A stretch of 63,993 nt of DNA, counting the filler. It is 4 parts of 4 records of this genome, joined end to end, with 100 filler letters (N's around TTAATTAATTAA, not from the genome) between each part and the next. Parts side by side here need not be neighbours in the genome. Positions count along the whole stretch, not along the records: positions 20,298 to 43,010 come from DRR378314_277; positions 43,111 to 57,799 come from DRR378314_278; 2 more parts are not named here. One strand, given 5' to 3'. The position numbers and the translations under genes were made by a program. The notes beneath the pieces were generated by a model that was not told the DNA's origin, did no database searches, and saw only the letters and a program-made list of their open reading frames with translations. Each line of letters opens with the position of its first letter. Positions within the stretch are counted from its first letter, which is position 1. Shown here piece after piece: positions 31,101 to 43,536 of this stretch.

Positions 31101-33728
31101 CTGTAGGTGTGCTACGAGACGCTCCAGCTCGCCGACGCGCCGACGCTGCACTCGAAGCTCGCGCACAAGCTCCGCCCGCTCGGCGGTGGCAGCGTCGCCG
31201 CCGAGTGCGACGTCATCGCCACGAATCGCTTGCTCGGCAGACGGAGCGGAAGTGCCCGTTTGGGCCGTCTCACTGCTTGTGCTCTGCGGCCCGAGCGTGC
31301 TCGCGCTCGAATCGCGGAAGCCGCGCTTCAGCTGCCCAACACGCACTGGCGCTTCCTCGCCCGTCGCGCCGCCTTCCGGTCGATCGGTCGCCTCGCCTCC
31401 GTTCGAGTCAGGCGCGCTGCTTCCTGTGCACTCCCTCTGTGTTGAAAGTAACTCCATAGCAACCGCAGGCGTTCTACGTGCTCGCCGCGAACGGCGCCGA
31501 GACCTGTCCGCTCGCGCGTGGCGCGACGCGTGTGCGGCGTCCGCGTCCGAGCTGCTCGATCCGACGCGCTCTGCGTCCACGGCAGAAAGCGACAGCTCTT
31601 CCAACTCGCGGATGCGTTCTTGGAGCGCACTCTGCTCTGTGCGCAGCGGCTCTACGAGCAATGCCGACGCGCGCGCGTTCGCAAGCTCCCGCTCTCGCTC
31701 GTGTAGCATCGACTGCATCAGGTGAAACACACTCTCGCCGCCCTTGAGCTTGGTTTTCGTTCGCGCTAGCTCATCCTGCAGCTTCATCGCCTCCTCCTTC
31801 GATCGCTCGAGCTGCGTCTGCTGAGCAGCTCGCCGCGGCTTCTGCAAAGAGACGCGCCCAATGCGCGTCGCAAACTGCAGCGCGGCCACAGTGTCCGCGT
31901 ACCGACCGGGCGAAGAACACGCGTGCGTGACAACCAGCACCTTGGAGAGCCCGCCTAGGCAGTCGCGCAGCAGCTGGGTGAGTTTTGTGTTGCGGTACGA
32001 TACATGCTTTTCTTGCCGATGCACAGCGTACAGCACGTCGCCGAGACCGAGAAGCGTGCGGTTGGCGGCCGCCTCCGCAGAGGACACACTGCCTCCCGCC
32101 CCGCCAACCCCTTCGCGTCGCGGCGGGCTCGCAACAAGCACGCAGGCGGCCTTTCCCAAAAGCTTCAAGCCAGACAGGCGATGCGTGGTCGACACGTGAA
32201 ACGTCACAACTACATGGCACAGAGACACGCGCTCAGCGGGCAGGGCGGCGACGCGCTCGCGCACATCGGCAACAAACTCCTCCGCGTCGCAAGCGGTGCG
32301 CAGCTTACGATACGCAGCCCCTTCCACCTCAGTCTGGCCCCGGGGCCGCTGCTTAATCTGCAGGGGGCGCTTTGGCGTTGGCCCGCTAGCCTGCAATCCG
32401 CCCGCCGGCGTACCGGTGCGGCTCGCACTGGTCGACGCGCGCGAAGACGGCCGCCGCGCGGGTGTTTGGGACGACGGCGCGCTGCCAAGCGAGGAGCTGC
32501 GGCTGCGGCCGCGACCCCGCGCTCCGCCGCGCTTTGAAGCCGAGCCGGCATCTCCGCGTCCACGCGCGCCAACGCGTACCAGGGCACTCCGGCGCGCAGC
32601 CTTCTTAGATGAGCCAGAGCTCGCGTCTTTACTTGAGCTATCACCGCCGCCGCCGCCGCGCCGGCCGAGGCGCGCGCCCGCAGGGCCACTGCCACCGCTC
32701 TCGCCGTCGCTCCGCGCGTGCAGCCCGCTCCCACTGCGCTCTAGCGCCGGGGTGTTGCGCTTTGCGCGCGCATCCGCATCCGTGCCCGCGCCCACGTGAC
32801 GATATGGCTCTTCCGATTCCGATCCAGTGGATATTTCGATGCTCGTCTCGCCGCGCCGCCGCGCGGGAGCTGCGCCCGTTTCGTCCCCGGAGCCCGACGC
32901 TGCGGCACGCTCGCCCTCGCACGCCCCCGCGCCGACGCCGTCGAGCAGGTCGTGCAGCTCCCCATCCCCAAGAAGCACCGCAGAACCCCACATTTCGCAC
33001 TCAATTTCACTGCTACGCTCAGCGGCAGCATGGAAAAGCAGCTTCCCCAGCGCTACTGCCGCACCGTCGTCCCACAGTGCAGCAGCATCGTCGGCTGACG
33101 ACGCAGGGGCAATATACCCACTGACGCCCGAGCTTGCCGGCCGAACCCCGCCCAGGACGCATGCACGCGACGCCATGTGCGGATGGCCGAGACTCAGAAC
33201 ACAGCCACTAAATCCCTGAAGACATGCATCCACAACTGGTGAAAGCTCGTCGCGCAGCGCGTCCAACGGCTCCGTCTCGCCGAGCACGTGGTCGAAGCGG
33301 TATGCATAAATGCGGTTCCCGTGACGCTGACGCAGTCGGTCAGCAGACGAGTCGGCGCCGCCTTCATGCGCAGTCGGCAGCCGCGTCCGCAGTCGCACGG
33401 TCGTTCCATCGTGGCTTACAATACCATCGGTAGCGGTCACATCAAGCATACCAAGTGCAAACGAGGGACGACGCAGCACAGCGCGCCCGCCATTTGGGCC
33501 TGCACGCGCTGCGCTGCCGTCGCCCCAACCTTCCTCCGTTGTAATCCGGCAGCACGTCCGCACGTTGCTGCCGCGCTGCAAGCGGTCCGTCTCTGAGCGC
33601 AGCGCATAGTTCTCGACCACAATTTTCCGCAGTCCCACAATAAGAGCATCGTGAGACCCACCATGCGGTCCTATGCTCTGTATATGCTCTTCTCCGGTAC
33701 TGCTACCGCGGCGAGGCTGGCTGCGCAT
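28188..33728 (-). CDS. Kinesin-like protein with degenerate motor domain, coiled coil and long disordered tail
   Basis: YRFDHV, VDACLQGFSGCV, ANRTLLGLGDV, HVSYRNTKLTQLLRDCLGG, TVAALQFATR; uninterrupted 1846-codon ORF. Confidence 0.85.
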   Translation of the reverse strand: MRSQPRRGSSTGEEHIQSIGPHGGSHDALIVGLRKIVVENYALRSETDRLQRGSNVRTCCRITTEEGWGDGSAARAGPNGGRAVLRRPSFALGMLDVTATDGIVSHDGTTVRLRTRLPTAHEGGADSSADRLRQRHGNRIYAYRFDHVLGETEPLDALRDELSPVVDACLQGFSGCVLSLGHPHMASRACVLGGVRPASSGVSGYIAPASSADDAAALWDDGAAVALGKLLFHAAAERSSEIECEMWGSAVLLGDGELHDLLDGVGAGACEGERAAASGSGDETGAAPARRRGETSIEISTGSESEEPYRHVGAGTDADARAKRNTPALERSGSGLHARSDGESGGSGPAGARLGRRGGGGGDSSSKDASSGSSKKAARRSALVRVGARGRGDAGSASKRGGARGRGRSRSSSLGSAPSSQTPARRPSSRASTSASRTGTPAGGLQASGPTPKRPLQIKQRPRGQTEVEGAAYRKLRTACDAEEFVADVRERVAALPAERVSLCHVVVTFHVSTTHRLSGLKLLGKAACVLVASPPRREGVGGAGGSVSSAEAAANRTLLGLGDVLYAVHRQEKHVSYRNTKLTQLLRDCLGGLSKVLVVTHACSSPGRYADTVAALQFATRIGRVSLQKPRRAAQQTQLERSKEEAMKLQDELARTKTKLKGGESVFHLMQSMLHERERELANARASALLVEPLRTEQSALQERIRELEELSLSAVDAERVGSSSSDADAAHASRHARADRSRRRSRRARRTPAVAMELLSTQRECTGSSAPDSNGGEATDRPEGGATGEEAPVRVGQLKRGFRDSSASTLGPQSTSSETAQTGTSAPSAEQAIRGDDVALGGDAATAERAELVRELRVQRRRVGELERLVAHLQRELQSPAGPVRRSVPLGASPWITPPAGRGSFARTSSSDMGQSPRSGTSFRAGVTPLRLDEAYSSDEASTTSTVRPAVGNLQAPNLPSAAVLTPPSPLVVTAPQFDDEDFRVKVVVRVRGDASLRAAAREHLERAQRRCADVVRRRLALRVCELRQWLENTIFATEFAAPVDPDSEVVDYVSSSVDEHLAAFSFGSAVQRADTCYVEWILDLQPILGNLFDMEDALDDEGGLREISIDVELAEVLADKAANTSKRRDARAGSLTSTSTDASNARSAAGAYETLGGPAADMTAFMQQIQALVQNVSHAESQQALAARGISSGAGSVSSSPRRASVSGSATPPRRASVSGSATPPRRASVSGSANSTHLSVSSPLRSRRASYELARATSSTDEQSTGLDDGPPVPVRATLVEGPADSSAELSGHEAGIAEEHDELSGPPRPFVRRTPVHRRNRSWDSDVLGEWSGAGAQALALFAAVPPSVQTRSSRTDQPRRGGDGIPFAPSSPSGKFGEALTVVSPSPLRASENASAKLPNASQSGSAKGVEDEVPGRGATRLQGLAFREEEEKCAADCDNDAKIEDNPKRDDGVCGDEPNPNGIGPGNGGTAARGAEDGRCSGFSERGLEGQAASGGRGGTSGAPCAAENEQAGVGSQCEVTASETRRELEVHAISGDHAIGRRAPDDVDGEQAGVVSQRTDISSKTECWSESTGVAGEQRGDGEDMAAVSEPTVGSTITAPSGNLYQDDARGSAESAAGAAVSVHTSVRGAVSVPLSHADQELNHATALGEQQPMITPGVASSEHKAASGPRAAPSTDSGDARVGSADNLDRNAESGASLSDVEHTGNRPCRDSKEYLSDENPVPTVSSSAENTSRRARLRRSACMRGADAENGNSVESLDSSGDSGCEPEQVDTDSVPFSSNRASPTAERASSPRVFDVQRSRVRGLERQGAGAEGADKDSARAYERWETRQKQVRGA
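30019..30126. repeat. 36-bp tandem repeat x3 inside the kinesin-like CDS (RRASVSGSATPP)
   Basis: Unit GCAGACCCGGAAACACTCGCNCGTCGCGGCGGCGTC starting at 30019, 30055 and 30091. Confidence 0.95.
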
Positions 33729-34633
33729 GGCACCGTCGCACCAGCGCGCACGCTCTCCGCCCGCGCAACCAGGTCACAGGAAAAGCAGCAGCGCGCGCGT
33801 TGCCGCGAGCAAGAGCCGAGCACGATAAAACACCGCGCGAGCCGAAAATATGCCAACCCCGTCCTCCGTACACACACAACCCGGCCAGGCCAAACGCCGT
33901 TTCAAAAATATAGGATTTCGTGAAGCGCACTGTTTACTGTGCAACGCAAAGCTTCGGTCGGATACTTGGCGTAGAGCACCCAAGATTGCAATACACTGAC
34001 CGAAATGCACCGTGCACGACAGCGATCCGCACAGGTCTCAAGCCGGGCGGACGGCTCCAGAACCGGACGGCAGGGCAAAACGGCTCGTGACTAGGGTTAC
34101 TTATGGCAACCACCCTTTTGTGCATCACCGCAGTCTTCCGCCTGGCGTGCTTGCCGCTCCCGAACTTTAGGTGCTGTGATGGTCATTGTGAAGCAAGATA
34201 GTACAATGTATTCTTCTCCACCGGCGCGGGCGCAGCGCTGCATTAGCAGAGGCGAGCCCGCCCACCCTCGCATGCCCTCGCGCCTCCGCCAAAAGCACTT
34301 CCCCTCCACCAAGCGACTCGGAATCGCCCCGCACGGCGAAGCACCACGAACGACAATCATCCGGAAAAGGGACGAAGCTCCCAGAGGTTTCCGTTGTACA
34401 TGAGCTACGAGCTGCGCATCGACAGGCTGCGCGCTTCCGCGCAGGAAGCTGCACCCGCAGAGCTGCGCAACGTACGGGGCCAACGCCAGCGGCCACGTCG
34501 GCCCTCGCATCGCTCTGGGCCCCAGCGGCCGACTTGCGCAATCCCCTGATTCGACGCTCCACGTCCGTCTACATTCCTCGCCATGCGCGTCGCAAGAGCG
34601 CGCAGAAGCAAAATCTCTTCACCAAAAAAAAAA

Positions 34634-37600
34634 TTACGTCTGTACACCACGCGCAAGCTGCGCAAAGTTGTCGCTCTGCGCCAGCGAGGCAAAGGACGAT
34701 GCGACAAGGAGCTCTCGCGTTTCCTCGAGATTCGACAACTCCTCTAGCTCGCTCAGATCAACAATCGCGGCGTCGATGTCGCTCTCGCCTTTGATCTCTT
34801 GCACATCGCCCGATACCCCGCGATGAATCGCATTGACGGTAGAAAACTACACCACCACGAGAAAAGATAGCAACACACGTAACAAGAACAATCAATGAGC
34901 GCGTATGCACCAATACCTGTACGCTGTCGACCGCGCGGCAGGGATCGTCCCGGTACAGGCGCCGCAACCCCTCACCCCGCACCACCAACTCGCTCAACGC
35001 GCGATCGCATTCCCAGACTCGACTCGATCAGTTGCGGCACAGCACTCAAGGCCGCAACCTCTCCTCTTATCCGACCCAGCTGCTCACAAGAGCTGTGGTC
35101 GAAAACAAAGCGTCAACGCCCTACTTTCCAGTGTACAATAAGCAGTGCCGCTCTCTAGGCGTTGCCGAAACAAAGACTCCACCCTGGACCTGAACACGCC
35201 GACCAGCAGTTGCTCCACAATGGCACGAGGCTGGAGGACTACCCGCAAAAAGAAACGCAATGCCCCGCACCTGCAGCGTGTGAAACGTTTTCTCGATATT
35301 CGGACTCCGACCCATGGTCTTCTCGATGAAGCGATCGCGGATCCAGCCGGTGAGCTCTTCGAGATCTGTCATCTGCTGCCGCATCTTGCGCACGACATTC
35401 TCGTTTCCTTTGCCCTTTTGCTTGATTTTCTGGCTCAGCGCCTTTTTCGTGTCGTGGATCAGCGTATGCGTCTCCGTAAGCATACCCGAAAGACGCTCCA
35501 TATCTTGCTCTGCCGCTTCAATGAAACGCTCGAGCCGATCGGATTTCGACGACTTCGCCGCCTGCTCCTCTTCATCGTCAGCCATCGACAAGTCGCCTGA
35601 GCAAGCCACGCGCAGCGCCACGAGAGCACAGGCGAAAGGAATCAGCACGAGCGACGAGCACCGGCTGAGGCCACCCGCGAGCGCAAAACCAAGGAGCAAA
35701 CGTGCCTGGCTCGCCATACAGTTTACGCGAGAGCTTCTCAAACACGCAACGCTCACCGCCCGAATGCACGGCGCAATGCGCTGCGAACGAGATTCTGCGC
35801 ACAAGGCTATTCGAGATGGCGATGCATCACCGCCGTGCGCACGGCAGAAGCTCAGCGCTCTGCGAAGCAAACAGCCGCACACAGTCGGAAATCTTCCCAT
35901 GTCTGCAACAAGCGCTACCCCGCATACAATCGCGGTGTGCACGCGCGCGTGCACGCACCTTTGAGGAACTCGATCCGGTCTTCCAGCTCCTGCTGCTGCG
36001 CTACTTTACTGCGCAGCGTTTTCTTCGTTGCCTGCGCACGCTGTCGAATCTCTGTCATGACATCTGTAATTTCGTTCTCAATCTTTTCCAGACGGGCCTC
36101 AAGCTCCGAAGCCTCGCGAAGCACTTTGTTTGTCTCCGGTGACTCCCGCCCCTTGCGGGCATTCTCCAGCTGCTTCTCCGCGCGCTTCTTGCGATCGTCC
36201 AGTTCCTTGAGCTCACGCCGCCGCTCCGTCAAGCTCTTTTCCGCGGAGTCGATGCGACGCCGAAGCTCCGCGAGAGACTTTTTCCGCTCTGTCGCCTCGC
36301 GCTCCAGCTCCTGCAGCTGCGACTTGCCGACAAATACCTCGTGCTCGAGCGCGGCGTTGCGCCGCCGTGATTCCTTCAGCTTGGCATCTAAATCCTGCAA
36401 TTTCCCGTTCAGGTCGTGTAAACGGGCCTGCGAGTTTTCGACATCGCGCAGCAGCTTCTCCCGCTTATCGTCGCGCGCATTCCGCTCTTCAGACGCGACG
36501 TCGACGAACTGAGCACCAATCGCGATATCGAGCGCCATGCGCTCTTCCGTGTCAAAAGAAACGCTTCTGCCAAACGAGGACGTCGAGCTGTCGTAGGATT
36601 TGATGCTTTCCATGGACTCGGCACGAGAAGCTTCATTGAGTGTCTTTGCACGTTGGGCGCTACGAATTCGCACGTCGATGTACAGAGGACCAAGAACACG
36701 CCAAAGCACCGCACGCGTAAGACGCAACGCGGAGAACTCCCGACAGATATGCAATCACGTAAAAGGGGCGCAAATGTTCGCGTAAACCGCGCCAGCCACA
36801 GGGCGCGACTTGCACGCACAGCACAGAGTGCAGCAACGACGAAACCCCAGACGCTCCGTCGCCGCGCAGCCACACGGACAGATTCGGCAGCGTGCCACGC
36901 AAAGGGGAAGGGGAAACAAAGCAGGATCAGTAGTGGTTCATAGAATAGCCCATGCGCATCACAAAGCGCTCTGCGATGCGATCTCGTGAGAATAGGGGGA
37001 GGGCAACAGACTTGTTGGGCAGCGGCAGCTGCGCCAGCAGTGCCGAGCAATGATCGGGCGCCAACTTCCTCGCGACGGTGCGAAAGGGCACCGCCCTGCT
37101 CGCAACACTGCTCATTCAAAAAAGAGAAATACAATCCTCTCTGTTGTCGCTAAACGCGTACAGGCGCTGTCTAAATTACATGCCTCAAAATGTACGCTTA
37201 CGCCAACACGAGTACCACAAGAGAGAATGCGAATAGGAGCACTGCCCGCGCCGGGTGGATGGCGCGGCTCCGCAGCCCACGCAAGTTGACGTTTCCTCCG
37301 CTACGCCGCAGGCAACGGTCTCAGCGTACATGGTAGGAGACTCATCCGGAACCTTGGGCGGTCTCTTCAGCTTTATCGACCCACCGCGGATAACTCGAGG
37401 CGTTGAGGCCTCTGCCGGAGCATCATTTACTGTTGGTGAAAATAGAAAGCAAGAGCAAAGCGCCCATCGCCCAACAAAGGCATCGACACGTAGCGGAAAC
37501 AGGATCAACGGGATGAGCGGTGAACAGCAAAGCCGCAGACGCGTACAGCACGTGCACACGCACCATCTCGCATACACAAAGTATTGCATGGCAAAACCAT

Positions 37601-39523
37601 CATCTATGTCCATAGAAAACACAAGACGCGGGAGTTGCTGAATTGATAGCCGCAACTGTTGAACGACGTTGCGTTAGGCAATGCCCGCTCCAGGCCACGC
37701 ATCCTCGCGCGTTCAACGACGTGCATTTCCCAGGGTTAGGAGTATCGCCAACGCTGCCAGCCCGTTACGACAAGCGCAGTTGCCACTGCAAATCTGGAGC
37801 GAAAAAGAAGCGCACAGTGCCGCACTGAAACAACGCTAGTGCTCGCTACAGGTGGGGCAGAGTACGGACAGTGCGCGCAAGCCACGCATTCCCTCGCCCA
37901 CATACAACAATGCAAATCCCCCCAGCACAAGCGCCAGATTCCCTCAGTGCGCTGCCAAGTGCGCCGTAGCGCACCACGGTGCTCGAGCTGCGACCACCGC
38001 AGCACCGCCATCGACACGAAACAGGCGCATTATGCTTGGGTAGGGTACGACCCCAACGTACAGGCTTCGGGACTCTCCGTGCTTGCGTTGGACGACGACG
38101 AGGCTTTGCGGGACAACTTTTTTCCCTTCTTCGCCCCGGACGGCGTCCCAGTGACCGAGCGTCGTCGCGTTACCTTTGGCGGCGTCGGGTCAGCAGAAGT
38201 CCTATAAAACCACAGAGCCGCCCGAGTAAGGAACACGCACACGTTTCCTTAGAAACCAGAACAAAGGTGAGAGTACACCACATCCCTCGCACCCGCAAAA
38301 ATAAAGGGAGAGGCTCAACGCAGCGCGCCCACGCGCCCTACCGCTATAGCATAGTACCCGAAACCGCGCGACGAGGCTCCATCCTCGCACGCTGCCCCGC
38401 CCCAAGGCACAGCGCGCGCTCCGCACAAACTCGCGCGATAATCATCCCTTCGATCACTGATTATATCTATACGACACCTCCGTTGAGATGCAAGAGGAGA
38501 AGAATATGAAGGTAGCCCTATCCTAGGATCAACAGCAACGTCATCCACAGACGCCGCGCACGCTTTGGGCGCCCTCCGCATCAGCACGAAACGCTGCCGC
38601 CCGCAGGACCGGACCTGCGCGCGAGGGGCGCGAACCTCTGAGCGCCCTCGCCGCGCAGAACGACACGCCGTCGCCGGCGGCAAGCCGAACTGCGCGCCGC
38701 CCCTATCTCTCTCGAACCAAAGAGTATGCGGCCACCCGCTCCTCGTCGCACATGGTGCCTAGATCTAGTCTATTCCCAAAGACTTGAACCACTTGTGGCC
38801 AGATGCATACACGGAAGAAAAGACCAACGAAAGTACACAGCGTCGTACTACGTTTAAACGCGCGCACAACCGGCAAGGTGCATGGACGACAGCGGCACGT
38901 TGCCTGACGGAATTCCAGAACACGCCCACAACACTGCATCCCTCGGTACCTCCTCCTCCTCGCACGCCGTGAATACCAGACAAACTTATCACTCCATGCC
39001 ATAAACCATGATCCCTATCGATATAAAGATAAGTATCCTTTGCGACAGTCAATATTCTCTCCATTTACGGGTGCTACGCCGCAGCGAACGCACGAGCTGG
39101 CCCACCCGCTCGGCCCGGCAAGAAACTGCAAAGCAGCAATCGGCAGCGCGCCTATATCGATATCGATACGATCCCCTACTCTTACAATGTTTAAACTCGG
39201 TTGCTTTGAGTGGTCCTTAGTCTGCGCCACCGCCCTAGATTGCCAGCCACATTCGCACCGGTGGCGCCACGCAACAGGTGTCTCGCGCCGTGCTGCCTAT
39301 GCAAAGCACCGTTATTCAAGGCAAGACATCAATTCACGCCTCCGCAAAACTATCTGCTCAAAAGTAAAGTATAAGCAATACTTTTGCGTTGCTGTATGGG
39401 ACGCGAACAGGCACTGTTGCGCTCTACAAGCGCGCAAACGCACTTGGACTTCTTCGCGGACTTCTTAGCTTTATCTTTCGAGCTGAGCGCCTGCGCCAGC
39501 GGAACACGCTTCTTCCGAAACAT
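34634..39523 (-). CDS. Multi-exon coiled-coil protein of unknown function (5' exons uncertain; may be more than one gene)
   Basis: E/K/R-rich exon ending at donor 35959, phase-compatible exon 35596-35271, terminal exon 34846-34634 (FSTVNAIH...RGVQT*); candidate first exon MFRKKRVPLA at 39523. Confidence 0.55.
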
Positions 39524-40590
39524 GGCTGCGTACGAAGCCGCTCACAGCCGCCGCAGCCTGGGCAGAAACCAATGCTTCTCTGCTGTATATGTCTTCCACG
39601 CTCTCGCTACAGTAAAAAAAATACGCGCGGGCGCGCGCAATATGGGGATTCCGCAACAGCAAAAAGAGCGCCGCACAATGAGCGTCGGTTCCCACGAAGC
39701 GCTGCCGTTATCACAGCGCGAGCGAGCTGCGATAGAAATCCCCCGCGCGGCGCGCCGCGCTGCAGCCGTGGCTAGCTATTCGCGGATCCTGCAAGACCGC
39801 CCCACCTTTGTCCTCTCACAGGGCGCAGCGCCCGCTCGATACTTAGACCCCTATGCCTAACCGCGACACACCGCACGACTCGCTACCAGCCGAAGAGCGA
39901 GAACAGTCAAAAGACTTGCGCTTTGGATACCGCTCCATGGGGCTACCGTGAACTGTCCTTCCCCTACGCAAGTCGCAAGTACAGATCGTATTCTCCACGT
40001 CACCTGCGCACCAATGCTCACTGTGGCTTCCTTCGCCCTCCAACGGCAACTGCCGTGCGTTGCACTCGCATCAACCTTGATCGATGTTCGCTTGGGCGAG
40101 TGAAGCGCTCCTTGCGCGCATGCACCATTCCATAGTATGGCACAAGAGCAAAGCAAGCCACCCGGCACCTGGTGCAGCTCTTCATACCAAACCCTTGGAC
40201 TTCGACTGTGTATCAATTTGACCCGGCTGTCGCCCTTGCATAGTGGGTTTTGTATTGATGTATCCTGTAGCCCTAGCTTGTCTACTTACGCGGGCGGCGC
40301 GCGGCCACGACAGCGGCCACGCCAGCCTGCCTGGCACCAGACGCGCCTGTCGCGCAGGGCTCCGGTGGCGTGCCGAATCTTCTGCCCGCAGCGGAATCCC
40401 TTTTTCCGCTCCCAAGTGATCGGGCACCCCCTGTACAAGCCGCCATCGTCTCGTGTATACGTTGGATCATTCGTAACGGCTGCATCTTGATCAATCAGCA
40501 CCTGGTCGCGCGGTGTCGTCGTCTGCGCAAAGCAGCGGTTTCCCCCCTTTGCGTTCCCGCGCCTGACAGCGACGGAGCGGACGCACGACA

Positions 40591-43010
40591 ATGCTGCGCG
40601 CTGGCCAGCGCGTTTGGCGCGCGCTGCTCACAGCACGCCCATTCCTCGCTGCCCCGCATGGTCGAGCATGGACACCCGCTTTTCGCGTATGCAGCAGCTC
40701 TCCCTCGTCAAACGCGTCGAAGCCGTCAACGGGTGCGTATTATTTTGTTCAAGTTGTGCCCAGACGCTGACGCACACGAAATCGAGGTTAGCGCGCGCTT
40801 TGCCGCGTGTGAAACCTCGCCAGCTGAAGAACTCACGCCCCGCTAACGCGGCTCGCCCTCATGTCCTCTCTCGAACCCCGCAATGCTGCAGCGAATGCGC
40901 CTACCGATGCATCAACAGATCAGTTTCACTCGTGCTTTGGAGTGGTGGACTTTTTGATCAATAAAATCGGCTTGAACACGGCCGCCGCGCAGCGCATGGT
41001 GACTCGCTTCCCACCGCTACTCTCCGTCGACCCGAAGTCGCTCGACCACACGGTGCGCGCTCGTGCGCGCTAACCCTGCTGGCTTGCCAGCAGGAGGTCC
41101 GCCTTAGTTGCATCACCCATGACTCCAAAGTGCTGTCCTCTGACTCCTTGTTTCTAACGACTGTGCGTCTTGTAATATATTATTGCCAATTCAGGTCAAC
41201 TTTCTAAAGTCTCTGGGATGCTCCGCAGAAGACATGCGCAAGGTGCGACTGCCAGATTTGCCGCGTGCCTCGGTAACGCAGTCGCCGCAGAACAATCGTG
41301 CCTCGGAAACCGCCCCGCGCATGCCTGTAGCGAGCTTGTTGACTCTGCCAGCGACGAAACGGTATGTCTTTGCCCATTGAATGTACAGGTGCTGGCGAGA
41401 TGCCCATCGCTGGCCGGGCAGCATCCGCGGAAGTACGACGAGCAGGTACGGCGAGAGAGGGCACGCGCGTGTTGCGGCGTTCCGCGAGCCTGGTCCTTCT
41501 ACGCCAACACGAGCGAATCTCCCCGCGTTTTCCCTGATTTCTTGCTTGGAGAGACATGCGTGCGCGCCTCATATTCACTTGGGCATCTGCTCCATCTGAC
41601 TTTCTTTTTGCTGATCTTCGTGGTTGTGGGGCCCGATGGAATGATGTTGCAGATCGCGTTTTTGCGCTCGTTCGGGCTCACGCGCGAGAATATTCGCAAA
41701 GTGGTTGTGCAGGTCCGTTCCGCGTGCGACTCGGCGACGTCCCGTCTCCCTTTCGCTGCGCAGCGCGATGCTGACTCTCTGGCGCGATGGCTGATTTTTT
41801 GAATAAATCCGCAGATGCCACAGGTGCTGCAACTGCGACAGGACACGCTGCGGAGTCGGCTGCGATACCTGAACCAAACACTCGGGCTTCCCCGCGAAAA
41901 GGTGTCGTTCTGCCCGCGTGCTTGTCGCGCGCGACGCAGTCGCTCTGCGTCTGTGTGTGTGCGCGCTTTGTTATACCAGCCTCCCTCTGGCGCCCCTCCC
42001 TCTCCCTAACGTCCGTATTCTCCCTTGCGATGGGACTCTGTGTACACATATGTCACGTAGATTTGCCGCGTGATAACGAAGCATCCGCAGGTCATGCAGC
42101 TCAGTGTCGCGGAATCCCTGGATTCGCGCGCGCAGAGTCTCGCCGAGGTACGCAGCGTACATAGCCAGCAGTGCCGATGAATAGCATGGCGCCACTTGCA
42201 GCTCCCCCTGTAGCGCGGTACGCGTGCTTCGCACGTCGTAACTCTTTGGAAAGAATTGGTATCTCTTGCTAGCGTGGTTGAACTGCATCTGCATGCGTTT
42301 CGGCTGGCAGTGTGCTGATAGAAAAGCAAACACTTGCGATCCTGTCCTGCCGTCGTCCGCAGTGCGTTCTTCTGATGTTGCCCTCCTAGCGGGGTATTCC
42401 ATTCGATTCTCCATTGGCTCCGCTCCGTCTTATCGTTACATGGCTAAATGAAATCATCGTCGTACTCCTTGTTTATCTTCTCGTGTAGCTGCTCGATATG
42501 GATGTGCTCGATGTGGGCCGGCTGGTGTATCGGCACCCGCAGGTTCTGTCCTCGAATCTCGAAGTGTTGGCGCAGCGAGTAGACTTTTACAGGGACCTCG
42601 GCATCGATGTCCGGCGGCTCTTTTCGCGCTGTCCGCAGGTAAGGAATGGCTTACAGGTTTTTTTATGAGCATGGTCTTGTCGTGCGGAGACAGAAGAGCA
42701 AGTTTCCTTAGCATTGGCGTTGTGCGCCTTCCCGGCTGCACCGGGTGTATACAAAGGCTGGACGAGCATCGCATTGTAGAACAACCTGTTCGATACGGCG
42801 CTGAGTTGCTCCACCGCTCCACCTCGTGCAGTATGTCTTCTGCACGCCCACATGGTAGCCTGCGCCAATGTGCCTGTGCTGAGCTTCTGAAGAGACCACG
42901 TGAAAACCAGTGTTGTGCATACCGGCAACCTGTCCGTCGCGGACATCTGATTAGGTATCGTAGTCCAGCTCTGTTCTGTCCTGTGCTGTGCTGTGCTGTG
43001 CTGTGCTGTG
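40591..43010 (+). CDS. mTERF-family protein with N-terminal mitochondrial-type targeting peptide (3' truncated)
   Basis: Phase-consistent GT-AG exons 40591-40732, 40919-41052, 41195-41242, 41389-41445, 41653-41712, 41815-41901, 42061-42147, 42489-42638; repeats of type FLKSLG...VLARCPSL, HPQVL; Arg-rich, acid-free N-terminus. Confidence 0.85.
42981..43010. repeat. (CTGTG)6 microsatellite at contig end
   Basis: Directly visible. Confidence 0.95.
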
Positions 43011-43110
43011 NNNNNNNNNNNNNNNNNNNNNNNNNNNNNNNNNNNNNNNNNNNNTTAATTAATTAANNNNNNNNNNNNNNNNNNNNNNNNNNNNNNNNNN
43101 NNNNNNNNNN
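43011..43110. other. Artificial contig linker
   Basis: 44 N + TTAATTAATTAA + 44 N. Confidence 0.99.
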
Positions 43111-43536
43111 CGCTCGTGCGTTCCAGCGAAGCTTCGCGCCACAGCATCCACATAGCTGAACGGTGAATTGAACGAAAGATCCCATATCTTGGTCCACCTG
43201 CACCGCACCGAATCAGGTTAACAACACAACGTAGCATTCGCGTCCATGTGGCACAAAATTTAGCATACTACAGTACGCAAAATTGCATAGTCTAACACAG
43301 TAGCCGTCTTACGAGGAAAGAAATACATATGCACAACGCTCTGTGAACACGTCGGTAAAGGGTGAGTGCCCGACGTATCAACAGATACCGCAGAGGACTT
43401 CCCACACTGCACGTAGGTAACACTGTTTCCGCTCTCGTCACTGCTGCACAGAAAAGCCAGTTCTGTCGAATCAATAACTACATGTAAACTTTCGGTTGCA
43501 TCATTTTGTTTGGACAAGGCGAAAATACTCATGCGC

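Noticed and set aside
33750-34600. Short ORFs upstream of the kinesin-like gene
   Set aside because: No recognisable domain; more likely UTR or intergenic sequence
39700-40500. Possible small gene between the coiled-coil gene and mTERF
   Set aside because: Splice-like sites exist, but I could not build a consistent exon chain or recognise a motif
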